Shown: positions 1-13,800, counted from the stretch's first letter. The stretch is 64,000 bases of DNA from Klebsormidium nitens (GCA_000708835.1 DF236990.1:124001-188000); one strand, 5' to 3'. The notes: a model not told the origin generated them from the sequence alone. Numbers and translations are program-made.

Positions 1-2950
1 CGTGTGGTACGTCATGATGATCGGGACTTGGAGGGTATAAGAGTATACAAGGGCCCCCATGACCTGCAACAAGGTTTCAGAGTATTATGAGACTTGTGAT
101 TGGGACCAATTATAATGTAATCAGGATGTTATGGGAATAACGAAGAGGCATCTCTCTACGACCAGCACTGAAACCCTAGGCACAGCGTGAGCTGAGCCGC
201 ACCACAACCATCATCGAATCGAACCCTAAACCTAACCCAACCCGTCCTCGTTGACTTCCTTATCACTGTCAGTCTTTTACCGTTAAAATCCGCCTTTAAG
301 ATTTCTATGTTCTGATTTCTGATTTCCGAGTCCAACCTTGTACAGATTGCTCGCTTCTAGATACACACATATCGAGGGTCTGAAAATGGATTGAAAATAA
401 ACAGCTCGGTATTTTTTTGATGCGGCCCACCATGATCCCGGGGGAGGCGGCGTGGATGACGTCAGGCTTGAAGTCCCGGACGATGTTGAAGATGCGGAAG
501 CTGAGGGCGAGGGAGAGGCGCAGCTTCGAGTAGAAAGGGAACTCGACGCTGCAGAAAGCAAGGTGAACTTATATCTGCACTTCGACCTGTGCAAAGTTTG
601 AGCAGAGCAGGTCCCATATGAGAAAGGGAGAAGGGACAACTAAGAAGCCGAATGCATGAGATGCAAAACATATTTATACTTCGACCTCCTTCAGATATCT
701 TGCAACGAACTTGTCGAGTTGAGGCAGCCTTGAATGTTTACATGAGTCACACCTGTCCAATTTCGCAACGTTCATAGCTATGCAACTATGTAAAAATCTA
801 TTCAGTTTATCGGGGCAGGTTTGGGAAGAGCGGCAAATGATCCAGCTCTTGTGGACAGAAAAGTCAAGGCGAAAGAGCTGAAGAGGTCAGCCTTCGTACC
901 TGTACGACGGGACTACCTTGGCGCCATACCACTCTTTCGGCGCTCCTTCATGGGTGGTAATAACCAACACCTGCGTGTAACCAGGGCTCCAAATGCTTCA
1001 CTTTTTGGGTTCACTCTGTTGGTTTCTGATAGCTTCTTTAAGATGCTCTCAAGATGCTCTCAAGACAAACCCAACCCAAAAACTTAGTTGGCATTACTGA
1101 CTGTTACTTATTCTTTCTTTCGCTTTGATGGCTTGTTTGACAAATTGCCCTTTGATGACTTTGGAGGCCCAGCGAAAATCTGGTGAAGAGGCGTAAGTCG
1201 TAGATAGACGTCGATCGTGGATTTATCGCTGTGCTCTGGTATAAGGGGAGGTCAACCAATGGCAGTACCAGTAATTTTGCATCTTCGATCATGAGAAACA
1301 CGGTGTCTGATCTTCCTGCCACTAGAGGCAATATGACAAAAACACGAAACTTGGGTCGTAGTCAGAGAAACGGGCCAGCTTGTCATTAGAATGCACACGC
1401 CTCTTCAGATGCAGAAATACGATTTGAAAACCAGAGGGCAAAACCACCAAAGGTCCTAAGCTTGGTTTTGGAGGAAGCACGATGGTTTAACCCACCTCGT
1501 CCCCTTGCTCCCGAAGAAATCTGATGAAGTTTTGGTACCGATTCTTGTAACCACTGGTGTACCTGTCAAGGCAAAGCAAGGGGTTAAGAGGTACACCCAA
1601 TCAAACTATCAACGCTTGTAAGTACACTAACCTGCGTGGGTTAGAATATCGTTTGCCAGTCCTTGATAGTCAGCCGACAAACACTTATCAAAATTTGCAC
1701 AGGCCTGGCATTTGCTGTATGGACCATCTCAGATTAGCACAGGACTTCACGCCAAACGGCACCACTTTCTTGAAAATCAAGGGCTTTGAGAATTAACCTT
1801 CTGAATACCAGCTAAGGAAACTGATGCAAAATATCGGCTGTGAGGGTGACCTCACAGCTGAGAGCCCTTCCTACAATGAGTTCATAGGCAAGGAGACCAG
1901 AAGGGGAGCAAGTGAAAAAGCAGGGGGGGAAAGCAGTAGCGATCATCGAAGTGCTTTTTCCCTCCACACGTTTCAGAGCACTGCCCTGTATGAAAGATTG
2001 GGGGAATGAGCAGATATGGTGGTCAGTCAGTGCGGCGCACCGACTGGAAAAACCTTGGCAGCGACTGATGAATACCAAGAGACACAATCTTCCAAGGAAG
2101 GTATAAGAGGCGGTCTGCATTGAAGCAGAATGAGCAGATACGACCAGGTCTGCTCAACATAACGCAGACCTGTAGTAAGGCCTCAACATAACATTTGCCC
2201 TGTGGTGGCTTCTGCAGAAGCAGAGAGCGACCCCTTGAAAGACATCAGGCAACCCTAAAAGGCCACACAATAGAAATTGCGACTGACATCAGCGTTGACA
2301 GGCTATCAAGATCAAAGAGACGGTAGTATCCGGCACCTTCCCCTAGACCAGTGAAGACTCCTGTGAATGCCACTAGGAAGGGGCAGAAAAAGGCCCACTT
2401 AAATCAACCATCAGAGGCTTCAAAGGGCTAGGGGGTCAGCTAGCAAAAAGTATTGTCGCGTGCTCCAAGGCAGACACAGGAAGAAACTTTGCCTCTCTCC
2501 TTCTCAAAACCTGTGGCACAAAAGGAGGCAAAAGGAACTGCACTAGCGTGACTCTGTTTTCAATTATCAGTACAGAGAGTGTGTATCCTTATTGGCACTG
2601 GCTGAGAAAGTTATGTCGGAGGGAGTGACTTACGACCACGGCGATGGTTCAACAAAGATCGCGACTCGCTTCGGGCGCCCTTCCAACAATGAATCGTCTT
2701 CACTCGACCCCGCCGGTGCTTGGTCGAGTCTCTGCCCCTGTTCAAACGCCGGAACGCCCTCACCGGAGTCTCCGTTCATTCTCTCCCCATTCTGAATGCC
2801 AGGCGCGTGCGAGTGGTCGGGTGCTTTCGCGAGCTCGCCTCCGGCCATTTCACAGAAACGATCAAATCTATCTAGACTGGTCTTACCCCCATCCGAGAAG
2901 TTTATTTGATATGCATCTCCGTGGGCTTCGCGAGTCGCATTAGGCGCCAT
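1..2950 (-). CDS. SQD2: SQD2-like sulfoquinovosyltransferase (GT4), 5' part; gene runs off the window start. Exons 2634-2950, 1496-1562, 900-970, 431-548, <1-63
   Basis: Spliced translation with GT-AG borders and matching phases reads ...GRPKRVAIFVEPSPWS/YTSGYKNRYQNFIRFLREQGDE/VLVITTHEGAPKEWYGAKVVPSYS/VEFPFYSKLRLSLALSFRIFNIVRDFKPDVIHAASPGIM/VMGALVYSYTLQVPIIMTYHT. This follows plant SQD2 (RRIALFVEPSPFAYVSGYKNRFQNFIRYLREMGDEV...FKPDIIHASSPG...VPIVMSYHTH). The start codon could lie further upstream. Confidence 0.9.
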
Positions 2951-5876
2951 GCCAGATACTTTTCCAGGCGGCGGCCAGATCTGTGCGTTCGAAGTTGCAG
3001 ATTACGTTTCGTCGGACTTTCTTATAGCTAGTCACACACTAATTCTAAGCCTGCAAACCCTCGCAGAGTGCCCTGCGCTTAGAACCAACGCGATGGCTGA
3101 GAAAGCCTCTATGTGGATGCAGCTCAGTGGCAGATCAAGCGCTGTTCCTGACACTTTCTCACAGAAGAAAGCTGCCCGAAGAATGAATGACGTGCCTGCT
3201 CATCGTCCGTCAGCTCGCCAGCTCGTTTGTTCCCTGGAATTCCTTCCTTGACCCAGGTGCTTTCCCCGTTTGGGGCTCGCATGATGCAAGCAAGAACGCC
3301 TAGCTAGGGCGCTTGCATCTTCTCAGATCTTGCCTGAGTGGTCCCTCTGTAGCCAGGCCCGAAGAAGAATCCTGCTGGAAGCGAAGATTCTTGTGCGCAT
3401 AGCATATGGCGCCAGCCTCCCGCATCTGAATATTCCCTCGACCGCGACGGCTCAGCTTTTCGATGCGATGCAATTACTTCCCGCACACTGACCCGGATTT
3501 TAGCGACGCCGTCGAACGAAGTGCCCGTATCGTGGAAGTTGTTTGGGAACCGAGGTTCTCATGAAGTGGAATTTGAAAATTCCCGAGAGCTCTGTGCCGT
3601 TGGATGAAATACATGACGCCGACGTGCGAACAGTACCGGTTAGCTTATTTGTCCTGGGCCATCGTGCTGCACGGAAGCATTTTCTGGATTCCCAAGTTGA
3701 AGGGGTAAGGGACTTGGGGAGGGGTAATTACGCTGGGCCGAGATACCTACACCTATATCTAGTACATCGTGCATGTAGGTACATCTGAGAGCGTCTCATA
3801 CCGGTAGGTACTGCAGCCGGGGGATATTGTTGAGCAATGCTTACAATGCTGCATCCGAGTATCGCCACCTGGAGCGGGCCTTGGCGATTTGGACTTGTGT
3901 TCAGACGATATTTTAAGATCTACATGTGATGCATATCAGCCATTTGCAATGCCAGGCCTACACGTACAAAGTTCCATCCAAAAGCGCACAGATTAGAGCG
4001 CTCTCGCATCTGATGCGCTTCACACTTGCGCGCGTCAATCAGGACACAATCTTCCCTGATCTCGGCTACCGTACCGGTAGCCCGCTACCCTGGCCGCTCT
4101 GAAGCTTGGTTATGCTCAGATCCGAGTCTGAGTAGCTGCCTAGCGCAACCTCATGCTGACCTTGAATATGAGTTGCACAAATGTGAGCAACCTGGTCCAC
4201 ATGTGGTTGGGTCTTTGAGATACATGCTTGCAGGAAGACAGGAACAATCAGGCGCACAAGTACAGCAGTTTCGGAGCAAGCTGCCCGGTTGCGTTCGATA
4301 GATAGAGTATCTCTCCCTTGAGCGTACAGGTTTCAACTGGCCATCATCATCCCATCATCATCTTGAAAGTGGCAAGCCTTGCATGAGCCCGATCGGATGT
4401 CGACAAGTTGCGCAGATACGAAAGTGAAGAGCCGGCAAGACTGAGAAGGCGCCCCAAAGGGCGCGCGAATTGGTCACAGAAAGCCTGCAAGCGTGTCTAC
4501 ATTCAGGTTGGCATCGATCTGGCACCAGCCATCAACGCATTCAACAACAAGGCACCATCAAACAAGGTCTTTCCATGCAAAGCTTGAAGTGCCCGCACAG
4601 ACAGATGACTGTACTTTTCTGGCGCTTCATGCGACAAGGCAAAAGAAACGTCTCCTTGTGGAGACGCTCGCAAGGCTGCGCTTGAGTAAACAAAGGATGG
4701 GCGTGGCTAAAGGGAAGTAGTTTTTGAGGGGCGGATTGCCGGGGCAGTGCGTGCCACAAGAGTTTCTGACAAAGGGAAGCAGGGTAGTGTCGCCAATGCT
4801 GAGCAAGCGGCGTGTGCCACTGTGGTTGAGGGAAGGGGTGAATCCAGAAAGGGAGGCACCTGTAGGGGAGTAACGTCAAAATGGCCAAGCCAACAGAGTT
4901 GGAGGTCAGTTATCTTCTGGGGCCCTCAGCAGTGTGCAAGATTGAGCAGAGCGGGGCGCGCAAATGTTGAGACATTAATCTTTACAGACGATCATGATGA
5001 TGCTGAACGGAAGCAAGCAGGATCAGCGGAAGTGGAATGCATTCTTCCATGGTGTCCAGACTTTAATGGAGAAGAGCGAGTCAGATGCCACATTGTGCCC
5101 CTTAGGGATGTCCGTTCAGAAGTATAGAAAGCAAGGCTGTCTTAACTTTCTGGCATACGGGTTTATCAACAATCAAAGACACCGGACTGTTGAGTTTCTT
5201 CTTTGGACAGTTCCTTTCATTCAACTGAAGGTAGACAAACATCAGAGGCTGTGATCAGGTTGCTCCAGGATCAGTGCCTCTTCTCTTGAAGAAGTTTGGG
5301 AGGGGCACTTCGGAGGTGTGGAAAGATTCTCAGGCTTTGTCATGAGGGAAAGTCTGCCCTTCTTTCTGCTTGCGGTTGGCCAGATTTTGCCTGAGAGACT
5401 CTCGAAGCAGGGATCTACGTATAGGTTTAGGTTTACCTTCCTCAAACATTTTTCCAACATTGCCATCACAAGAGTACTTTATAATGCATGAAAGAAAACT
5501 AGCACTTACCATGAAGGGGCACTGTGCAAACCTTGCATCTATGCACCGCCCTGCTGTCAAAGAGAGGGTTTCCACCTACACAGAAGACGAGGATTGCCTC
5601 CAGAAGCGACTTTTCATGAGGATCCATTTTCAGGATGACAAAGCATGGTATGCTCTCCCTGAAAAGGTGACTCTTGCCACTCTGCAACATCCCCAGGCTC
5701 CAAAGCACTCAATCTAGGCTTGGCTTAGCTGGGGCAGGTTCTAGCTTTGGCAAAAGCTGAATGGAACTGCAAAACTAGTACTATTCAACGCAAAAGTTGG
5801 GGTGCATGGCACGCCTTAACAGGATTTCCGGTCAGAAAACAAATTCTTTTTGCAACCTTCTTGCTTTCAGGTGAAC

Positions 5877-8800
5877 ATGACAGCCACCAAGCTTTCGGTG
5901 AAGATTGGACGCAGTCATGCTGACTCTCCGAAGCGTCGGACCATCAGCGATGACTTTGATGCAGAAAACCAGGTCCGCAAGTCGCCAAAGAGCAGCAACC
6001 GCAGCTCGCCACGAGGATCTCCCAAAGGAAAGCTGGTAAGCAGCTTTTGAAGTGCTTTTTGGGGCACGTACAATATCAGCTTCATGCTGAAGTCCACGTC
6101 TCGAATCGAACGCTTTGAGTTCGGTTGTTAATTTGACTCGGCGGCGTGCTTTTCTGGAGGCATAGCCGATTCTGCTTAAGTAGGTGAGAGGAATGCAGCG
6201 ACTCTTTTTAACAAGCTGTCGACCAATGACGTCTCTGTTCCTGATCTCTTGCAGAGCCCCGCGCGCGCCACCAGGCACTCTCCTCGGGGGAAGGGCGCCG
6301 ACCGCTTTGGCGAGCACGAGTCGCCCCGCAAGTCCACCCTCGGCCGCTCCCCTGGGGCAATCGCCAACGCCAAAACTTCCCCCATCGGATCTGCGCCCGC
6401 TTCTTTGAAGGATGCCATTGCCGAAAGCCCGACCAGAAGGCGCCTGTCGGTCCTGTTCAGAAAGGCGGGTGGCACGGAAAAGGAGCTGCCGAGCGGTCTC
6501 GTTTTGGAAGGGGACGAGAACGAGGCGGCTGATGCGAAGGACAAGTTGGACATCGAGCCGGCGACGCCTCCCAAGGACTCTGAAGGGGCTGCGGTGAGGG
6601 CAACGGCGAGTGATTCCTGAAGCTGGAATTGATGTTGCGTCTGCTGTTGAACCATCGCAGGAGTGTTGACTGATTAGAAGCCGTCTTGAGGCGGTGTAGT
6701 CGCTTAGCACGAGTGGAGTTGCAGATGTCTCATTTCAGCAGGCTGCTCTAGTGAGCTCGATCGAAAGCATGAAGCGCAGAAGCTCAGCCGCCCTGCAGCC
6801 TCTCTCACTTTGAGGACTCCTGCGCTATCTACTGAAAGGCTTGCACCTTAGAGGCGCTTCAAATTTCGATCTTACAATATTGAGGATGCGTGTGGGTTCA
6901 GAGCTCAACCGGAGCGCCGCAACTGTTAGGTAGAAACAGCTTCGTCTTCTGACCTGGCAGTCTTTTCGCGCAGGCGTCTCAGTTGGACGACGCCCTCGAA
7001 GACGCCATTTCCTGCCGAGTTGCCGTTCAATCGTGGGCGGGGCAGAAGAACGGGTTCAGGAAGGCGAACCAGGACGCATACGTGCTGGCCAAAGCGGAGG
7101 ACCGCAAGTAAGCTCGACGATCGCCCGGCAAAGGAACATTCAGCTGATCAGATGGTTACGGATCTTCATTTGGCTCATTTTCGTGACCTGTACACCTGAG
7201 AAGCTTAAAGAGTTCCGAAGGGTTGCATATGCGAATATTGCTAGTAGTTTCGCGTCTCTGATGTTTGAACTCAGGAAGACGGAAACGAATTCGTCTTCAA
7301 AGGGGAGTTCTCAAAATAACGCAGCTATCTGGCAGGGCGTGAAGAGAAAAAGGGTTCCATCCCAAAAATCAGACCCTACTTCTCCTCAACAGGTGCTTGC
7401 TCTTTGGCGTCTTCGACGGTCATGGACCCAACGGCCATCACGCCTCACAGTTTATCAAGGTAAGAGTTCAGCCCCGCCCGAGCACTTTGTCGTATTGGTT
7501 CAACACACGATTCAGCAAGTGATCAGAAGCCTGCGAAATCTCGACATAACATGAATTCTAGGGCCACGCTAGCTCGACCAAGTGCTTCGCTTTCTGCCTG
7601 ACCAAGATTCGTCTCTTCTGGCTGACGTCATTGGCGCTTAGCTCATCTCCTCTCGTCCTGCAGAACAACCTCCCGAGCAGTATCCTCAAGCAGCCGGACC
7701 TTGCGAGGGACCCCGAGGAGGCCTTCCGTCAGTCGTTCCTGTCCGTGGATGGGAACCTCGACACCTCCGGTACGCACTTCGTCGCATACTTTTCCAAAAA
7801 CGAATCTTGACATAGGTGTACTTTGGGATGTTTAACACGTGCCAAGAATCACTTCCTCCATGTTTCTCAACCGCGAAGTCTGTGCGTTTGATGGAGGTGC
7901 TTGTGAAAGTCGAAGCTCCTGCTACTTGGTTGGGTATGTCTAATGCCTGGGATTCCTTCCTCGCAGTGGACTGCAACGTCAGCGGAACGACTGCAGTGCT
8001 CGCGCACATTGCGGGCAGGAAGCTGACCCTTGCGTGGGTCGGAGACTCGCGAGGCGTTCTCTGCCGATCGAATGCGGATGGTGAGTGCTATACCGAGACC
8101 GCATCTACTTCCGAAACGAAACACCAGACAGTCAATCCTTAGCAGCTTTCTAGCTCCATCGTTATTTCAGGGATCGGTAACTCCTTTGGTATTTAGATGC
8201 TTGACAACGCGGAACTCTCGTGAAGCCTCGCTCCTGCTTTGAAAGTCGCGTGGGCAAATACTCGAACGATCTCCTAAGGCTACTTCCAGCGCTGCTTGAG
8301 GTCTTTCTAAAATGCATAAAGAAACCGAATCGTACTTATAACCTTGATTGAGCTATGCGATTAAAGAAGTTCGCTGCTTCCTTTTGATGCAGGAATCTGT
8401 GAAGGCCTCCCTTTAACCATCGACCACAAACCGGATTCAATAGGGGAAAGGCGAAGAATCTTGAGTTGCAACGGTAGAGTAGACAGGTGAGGAGTCGGAG
8501 TGTTGGCCCGAAGTCCTGTTCCAAACGATCTTCCAAACGATCTCTCTTCCAATCAGCAGATTTTCATGAGAAAGGTCTCCTGATCTTGTTCAGCACAGCC
8601 CATTCAGACTCGCTCTTTTGCGATGTAGGGTAAAGCAATTGCCGCCAAAATCGGCCCAAAGTCTGCTATGGGCGCTCTTTCATTTCTCCAAATTCGTGTG
8701 AGCACGTCCGCCAAATGTGAAGCCAAGCACGCTGCCACGTTGTCTGATCTGGATATCGATTTGCAGATTGATTGATCAATATGGTGAGGAGGTGGGTCCG

Positions 8801-9462
8801 TACCGGGTGTGGTTACGTCACGCCCCCATCCTAGGGCTCGCAATGAGCCGAAGCATGGGAGACGTGCTCGCGCATTCTGTCGGCGTCTCGAGCGTTCCAG
8901 AGGTGAGAAAGGGCTCAACCATCGATTTCGTTGTCGAAATAGCTTGGGCTTTGCATAGAAAAGGTGCTTCCGATCCAAACCACTCCCATAAATTTTGGCA
9001 TGGAAGGGCGGACACAGAGTGTTTCTCTGATAGATTCTACTCTCACATCGTAAAAATTTTTTGAAAACTGTAAGCAATGATTCAAGTCAGGCCGCACATA
9101 ATTCACGAATTCCAAGACTCAATCCGCGAAAGTTTTCGTCCATAAAGTGCTGTTCGCAGTCAATCTCGCGCAACCCGCTGACTATCGAGATTGCCCACTT
9201 GCAGACGTCAACCCACGTCATTACGTCAGCAGACAAGTTCCTGATCCTGGCGAGCGACGGCATCTGGGAGTTTATCTCTAGCGAGGAGGGGGTCAAGATT
9301 GTGCAGGACTGCGCCACCCCCGAAGCGGGGTGCAAGAAGCTCATGATGACCGCGCGCGCGCGCTGGCTCGCGCTCGACCACGGCTGCTACGTGGATGACA
9401 TCACGTGCATGGTCATCAGTTTCAACCACACCAGGACTAGCTCTGCCTCTCCTTCGGCATAA
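5877..9462 (+). CDS. Protein phosphatase 2C (PPM family) with long Ser/Pro/Arg-rich N-terminus, ~468 aa. Exons 5877-6035, 6255-6593, 6974-7107, 7393-7459, 7664-7769, 7967-8080, 8393-8486, 8767-8902, 9205-9462
   Basis: PP2C motifs in order: KANQDAY, LFGVFDGHG, SGTTAV, AWVGDSRGV, LTIDHKPD, GLAMSRSMGD, FLILASDGIWE, DDITCMVI. All exon phases are consistent. Confidence 0.93.
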
Positions 9463-10850
9463 GCTAGCCTTTCTGACAGAAGCCTCGGGCACAATTTAAC
9501 AATCTCAAACGGCTTAGGGGAGAGTGTTGCTGGCGCCATATACATAGGCATTCAAAAGCATAAAACATAGGTAGTCAGGACGTTGCCCTTTAACTCGGTC
9601 AATTTCAGAACAGGAACAATCATGGTAAAGCAGAATGATCCGGGAGAAAACGGAAGATCTGGCTTGAGTTACGCTAAATTCACGAGTGAATCATAGACAG
9701 GTTCAACATGAAGTTCTTGGGCACAATTGTGTACAATAAGGACACGCTAGGATGAAAGCTGACAGGTACAGGGTTTGAGAAGAGTGATCTAGAAAAAAAG
9801 GTATGCTGAAAAATGCATCTGATCATAATCTAGTCTTGCATTTGAAGGTCATGCCAACTAGTCAAAATCTGAAATTTAAAATCAGCAATATCATGCGGGC
9901 GGAATTCGACGTGGTATCCATGATTGCATCCTTAGAAGCATGCCAAGATACATGCCGAGCCGACAAGAGATGAAAGCCCATTGCATCAGAGTCGGTGTGG
10001 GAGTCTATTAGCGTTTTGATGCAATGGCCTTAAGCTTCAGACACTTGGTAAGAAGCTCGCAAATTCCGCTTACTACGTCCGACTATATCAATATGGTGGC
10101 TGGATCGGCTCCAAGTCTGTGTGCTGTATGACGTATGCAGACCGTCCATGTGGAGTGTTTTCTGTTCCGAGGCTCGAGGATGATGCGCTTTGAAAAGCTG
10201 CGCACGAGAAAGTTTTCTTCTCTCAGAAACTTTGATTCCAATGCGTGCATGTTTCCTAACCGGCATGCGCGTATCCGGAGCCGCAGTGCATCGCAACCGG
10301 TTCCCGGGCTGTTTTTTGAACTAGTCTGGCGTAACGTCAGGAAGCTAGGTGTGCCATAAGACTTACATAGCTCGATTTTTCCAGCTTACCAGCTGCAACC
10401 TGACACGTGGCGATCCATCTCTTGGTGCTTGAACTCAGAGCCCGTTCACATCTGTGTCCACCGTCTCGTTTCAGGCATGTCGCAGCGTTGACAAGACGTG
10501 CAAGACTCAGTGTGAATATTCTCGATCACGTGCTCTGACGTTCGTTATTTCGAGATGCAAGATGACGGGTTCGATCGCGCAGTCTGAGACTCGTGCTTTC
10601 CTTCTTCGAAGCATAGTGAGAAGCGCCTCGACCATTCTCAGCGCCCTGTGATCCAGGCAACATTCAGAGCAGCTTAAAAACGCGTTGAGCGATTGTTCAT
10701 TGCGGAAGAAGGCTTTTGCAATCATGGCGAGAGAGAGCGTCTGAAGCGGAGTCCAAGCATCGGAGCTGGCTTTGGTCCTACTATGCGCTTCCCTCCTGGA
10801 GAACCTATTCAAAAGGCGCAACAGGACGAGATTAAGACAGGGAAGTTGGT

Positions 10851-13800
10851 ATGGCTACCCAGGATGATACCATCAGGAAGTCGCAAAATTCTTCCATCAT
10901 GTTACGGTCTAAGCTCGAAATGGACCATTCTCCAATGTCGGAACATGAAGATAGTGTTAGGATGACGGAGCACTCTTCTCTCACGATGAGTCCGTCTTCC
11001 AGTGGAAGTTCTGGTGACCATGCAGATGCTGAAGTGTTTTCTGAGCGAAGGAATGCACCTGCAGAAGAGACTCTATCTGCTCCAGAAGCGATTCTAAGGT
11101 CCAAAGAAGAGACTTACGAAAATGACAAGCAGGAAGATAGTGTTGCTCCTTTGAGAGGTTCCACGGGCAGAACTGGACGCTCAGGTGTGGAAGGTGAGGT
11201 AACTATCAGTACTATGAGTGCTCTAGCCTTGATGAAGACACATTATGGAGCAAAGAGCAAATGCTTTGCGAAGGCTCCTAAGGCACAAGCAAAGGCAAGC
11301 AATGTCACTTTCAAAGGTGTTGTCCGCTCATCTGAAGCTAAGCAAAGCTGCATTCTTCCATCATGCAAACTTGCTGGAAGGCAACATTTTGATCGAAAGT
11401 AAGGTTCATATTGTTCCACGGAGAAGATTCTGATCCCCAAAGCATGCTCAAACTTCCAGAGATCCCTGGCTCGATCCGCAATAGGCAAGACAAACCTAGA
11501 TTGATCCTGCCTAATGTGGCTTCTTAGACGCGTTCACAGCCTTACTTCCCTGCCTAACCTTAGGATCTTACACTTGATCAGATTGATCATCAATTCAAAG
11601 ACCTCGTGCATGCTGCAGATCCAACCCCACCGGAAGTGAGTCCTCGGAACCTGGAGAACGATCTGAGCGCTACCATCAGTCTGGAAAACAACTTGGACAA
11701 CCTGCGAACTTCCCACGATAACCCGATGTTTGAAGCATCTTTGGAAGCGGAAGCAGGTGAGGTTTTGATGGCAGGTGAACGTTTTCGGGATTGTTTCCTC
11801 TAGAAAAAGTTCCTCCTTGTCGCATTTTGAGGGGTTTTGTGGTTGGTACTAAAGCACCACAGAAGCTACATTTGGCTGAAAGAAGATGCAAATAGGGAGC
11901 AGTTTTCTGGATGCATCTGGTCGCGCTACAGAGTCATCTTAGCTTACAAAATGGTTCAGTTGATTATTCTGATCGACGTAGATCGGCTGACTGCAACGAT
12001 TCTCAGAGGTTTGGAACGGCTTGAAGTCTGCTCGAACAGGATTTTCATGCTTAAACCATGTCAAAAATCTGAGCGCAGATTCCCGAGGCCAATGGAGCTC
12101 CTGCTTCACAACTTAGTTCAGAGATTCGTGACCTTGCAACTCCTCACTTGAAGCTCTGATCAAACTCCCTAAACGAAGCTGACGTACTAAAAGTTGAATG
12201 CTGGAATGTTCATCGAATGTCGGCTGGTCATCGCCACTCATCAATGCATGGACAACTCGCAGGTGACTATCCCGAGGACGACGGAAGTTCCTACACCGCG
12301 GAGGCCCCTTTCTCCACCCCCAACAGCATGCCATCCGCGTTCCGAGACGCTCACGCCAGTGGCGGATGGACTAAAAGGCCGCCGACGCCCTTCAGCCGCC
12401 GGGGAAGCGTGACGTCATTGAGAGGCCTCGCCTCGAACCACAGCAACTCTTCCAGCCGAGAGGGATCCTTTCAGCAGCGCATAGACGATAGGGTGTTCCG
12501 CAAAGGCATTGTTGAAGTACACAGGTGGGTTCGTCTGCTTCAAGGGTCGTGCCTGCTTGATCACAGATTAGGAAGAGTAAATCGTAGATCCTGGTCCCCT
12601 TCACATTGGTCGCCAAGAATGCAAAGAATTGGGTATGTATTTCTTGACCCTCTACGATCTGACGAGCTAAAGGTAGCTCTGAGACGTGATTGATCAGATT
12701 AACATGCCAGGCTTTGTGCGGTGAGCCAGCGAATCGATCCAGTTCGCCGAACAGCGGCGTAGTAACACGCGGAGATCTTGAAGTGCTTCAAAGATAGGTC
12801 CAAACTCTAGACCATCGGAGCCACCGCATTTATAGACACTAAAACGCCTTCGCTTTTCTGCAGCGAGATCGACAAGCTGCTTGGTAGCCTGCGTGCGGAG
12901 CTGCAGCAGTGGCGTCTGTCCTTCGACACCCTGTTGGAGGTGTGGATGGCGCGCTGGGAGCGCGAGTACGAAATGGACGACGTCGAGATCTTCGACCTGA
13001 ACGACTTCCGAGTCATGCTGGACAGGTCAGCACGTTGCACTAGATTTGAACAATTCTTTTCGTGTTAGCGTTGGCAGCTGATGACGTCAGCCAGCAGTGT
13101 AGCCAGCAGCCAAGCGGCCAGAGTAACTTCCAGAATTTTAAACTGCTACCGCTCATCTCGCTTAACTTGCGCAGGTACTACGAGTACTCTGAAAACGAGG
13201 AGGAACAGCTTGATGAATGGCACGAAGTTTTGTGGTAGGAGATTGACAGTCGAATAAGAAGAGCAAGAATCGGTGGTACACAGCAGCAAATCATGATAAA
13301 GCGCTTTGTGCTGTGATACGGGCGCTCCATACAGAGGATTCTCGATTTCAGCAGTATTGATCTGTCCGTTTCCATCTGCGCAGGCACTCTGAGCATTCTG
13401 AAGCCGAGGAGGGGTGAGCGCGACGTTTCGAAACGGAGCGCTTCGGAATAGTGCGCATAGGTACAAGCTCGTAGTCGGCAGGATGCCGTTTGATTGTATC
13501 TCGCATATCGATGTTTCTGGGCAGGTACTACGAGGACTGTGAAGCCGAGAAGGAAGAGCTCGACGGGCGGCACCACGCGGCGATGCAGGAGAACGCGCGC
13601 ATGATGCGCCTGATCGACCACGCCATGAAGGAGATGGACGAGCTCCGGCGGGCCGAAGCGCACAAGACGGAGGAGGGGCGGAAGGAGTACGAGGCGGAAC
13701 TGCAGGGGCTCAAAACCCAGGTTGGGGACTGCAGCAGTATCCAGATATGGGGGACTGCGTTTTGAACGAGTTGTTGACAGGAGCCTGCCACACGCCGTGT

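Noticed and set aside
170-240. Telomere-like aaaccct(a) motifs (also ~5420, ~14340)
   Set aside because: Only one to three imperfect units within introns or intergenic DNA, as expected for telo-boxes or by chance.
283-639. 118-aa minus-strand ORF as a separate gene
   Set aside because: It is an off-frame reading across SQD2 exon 431-548 and its flanking introns.
4026-5717. Cys-rich fragments (CCTCAPDC, CGPGCSHLC, HRCKVCTVPLHGKC) and a GHFG motif suggesting SET/PHD or retroelement integrase
   Set aside because: Motif spacing does not fit, the strands are inconsistent, and I could not build a spliced model.
5832-6710. 292-aa minus-strand ORF
   Set aside because: Antisense shadow of the GC-rich PP2C exons.
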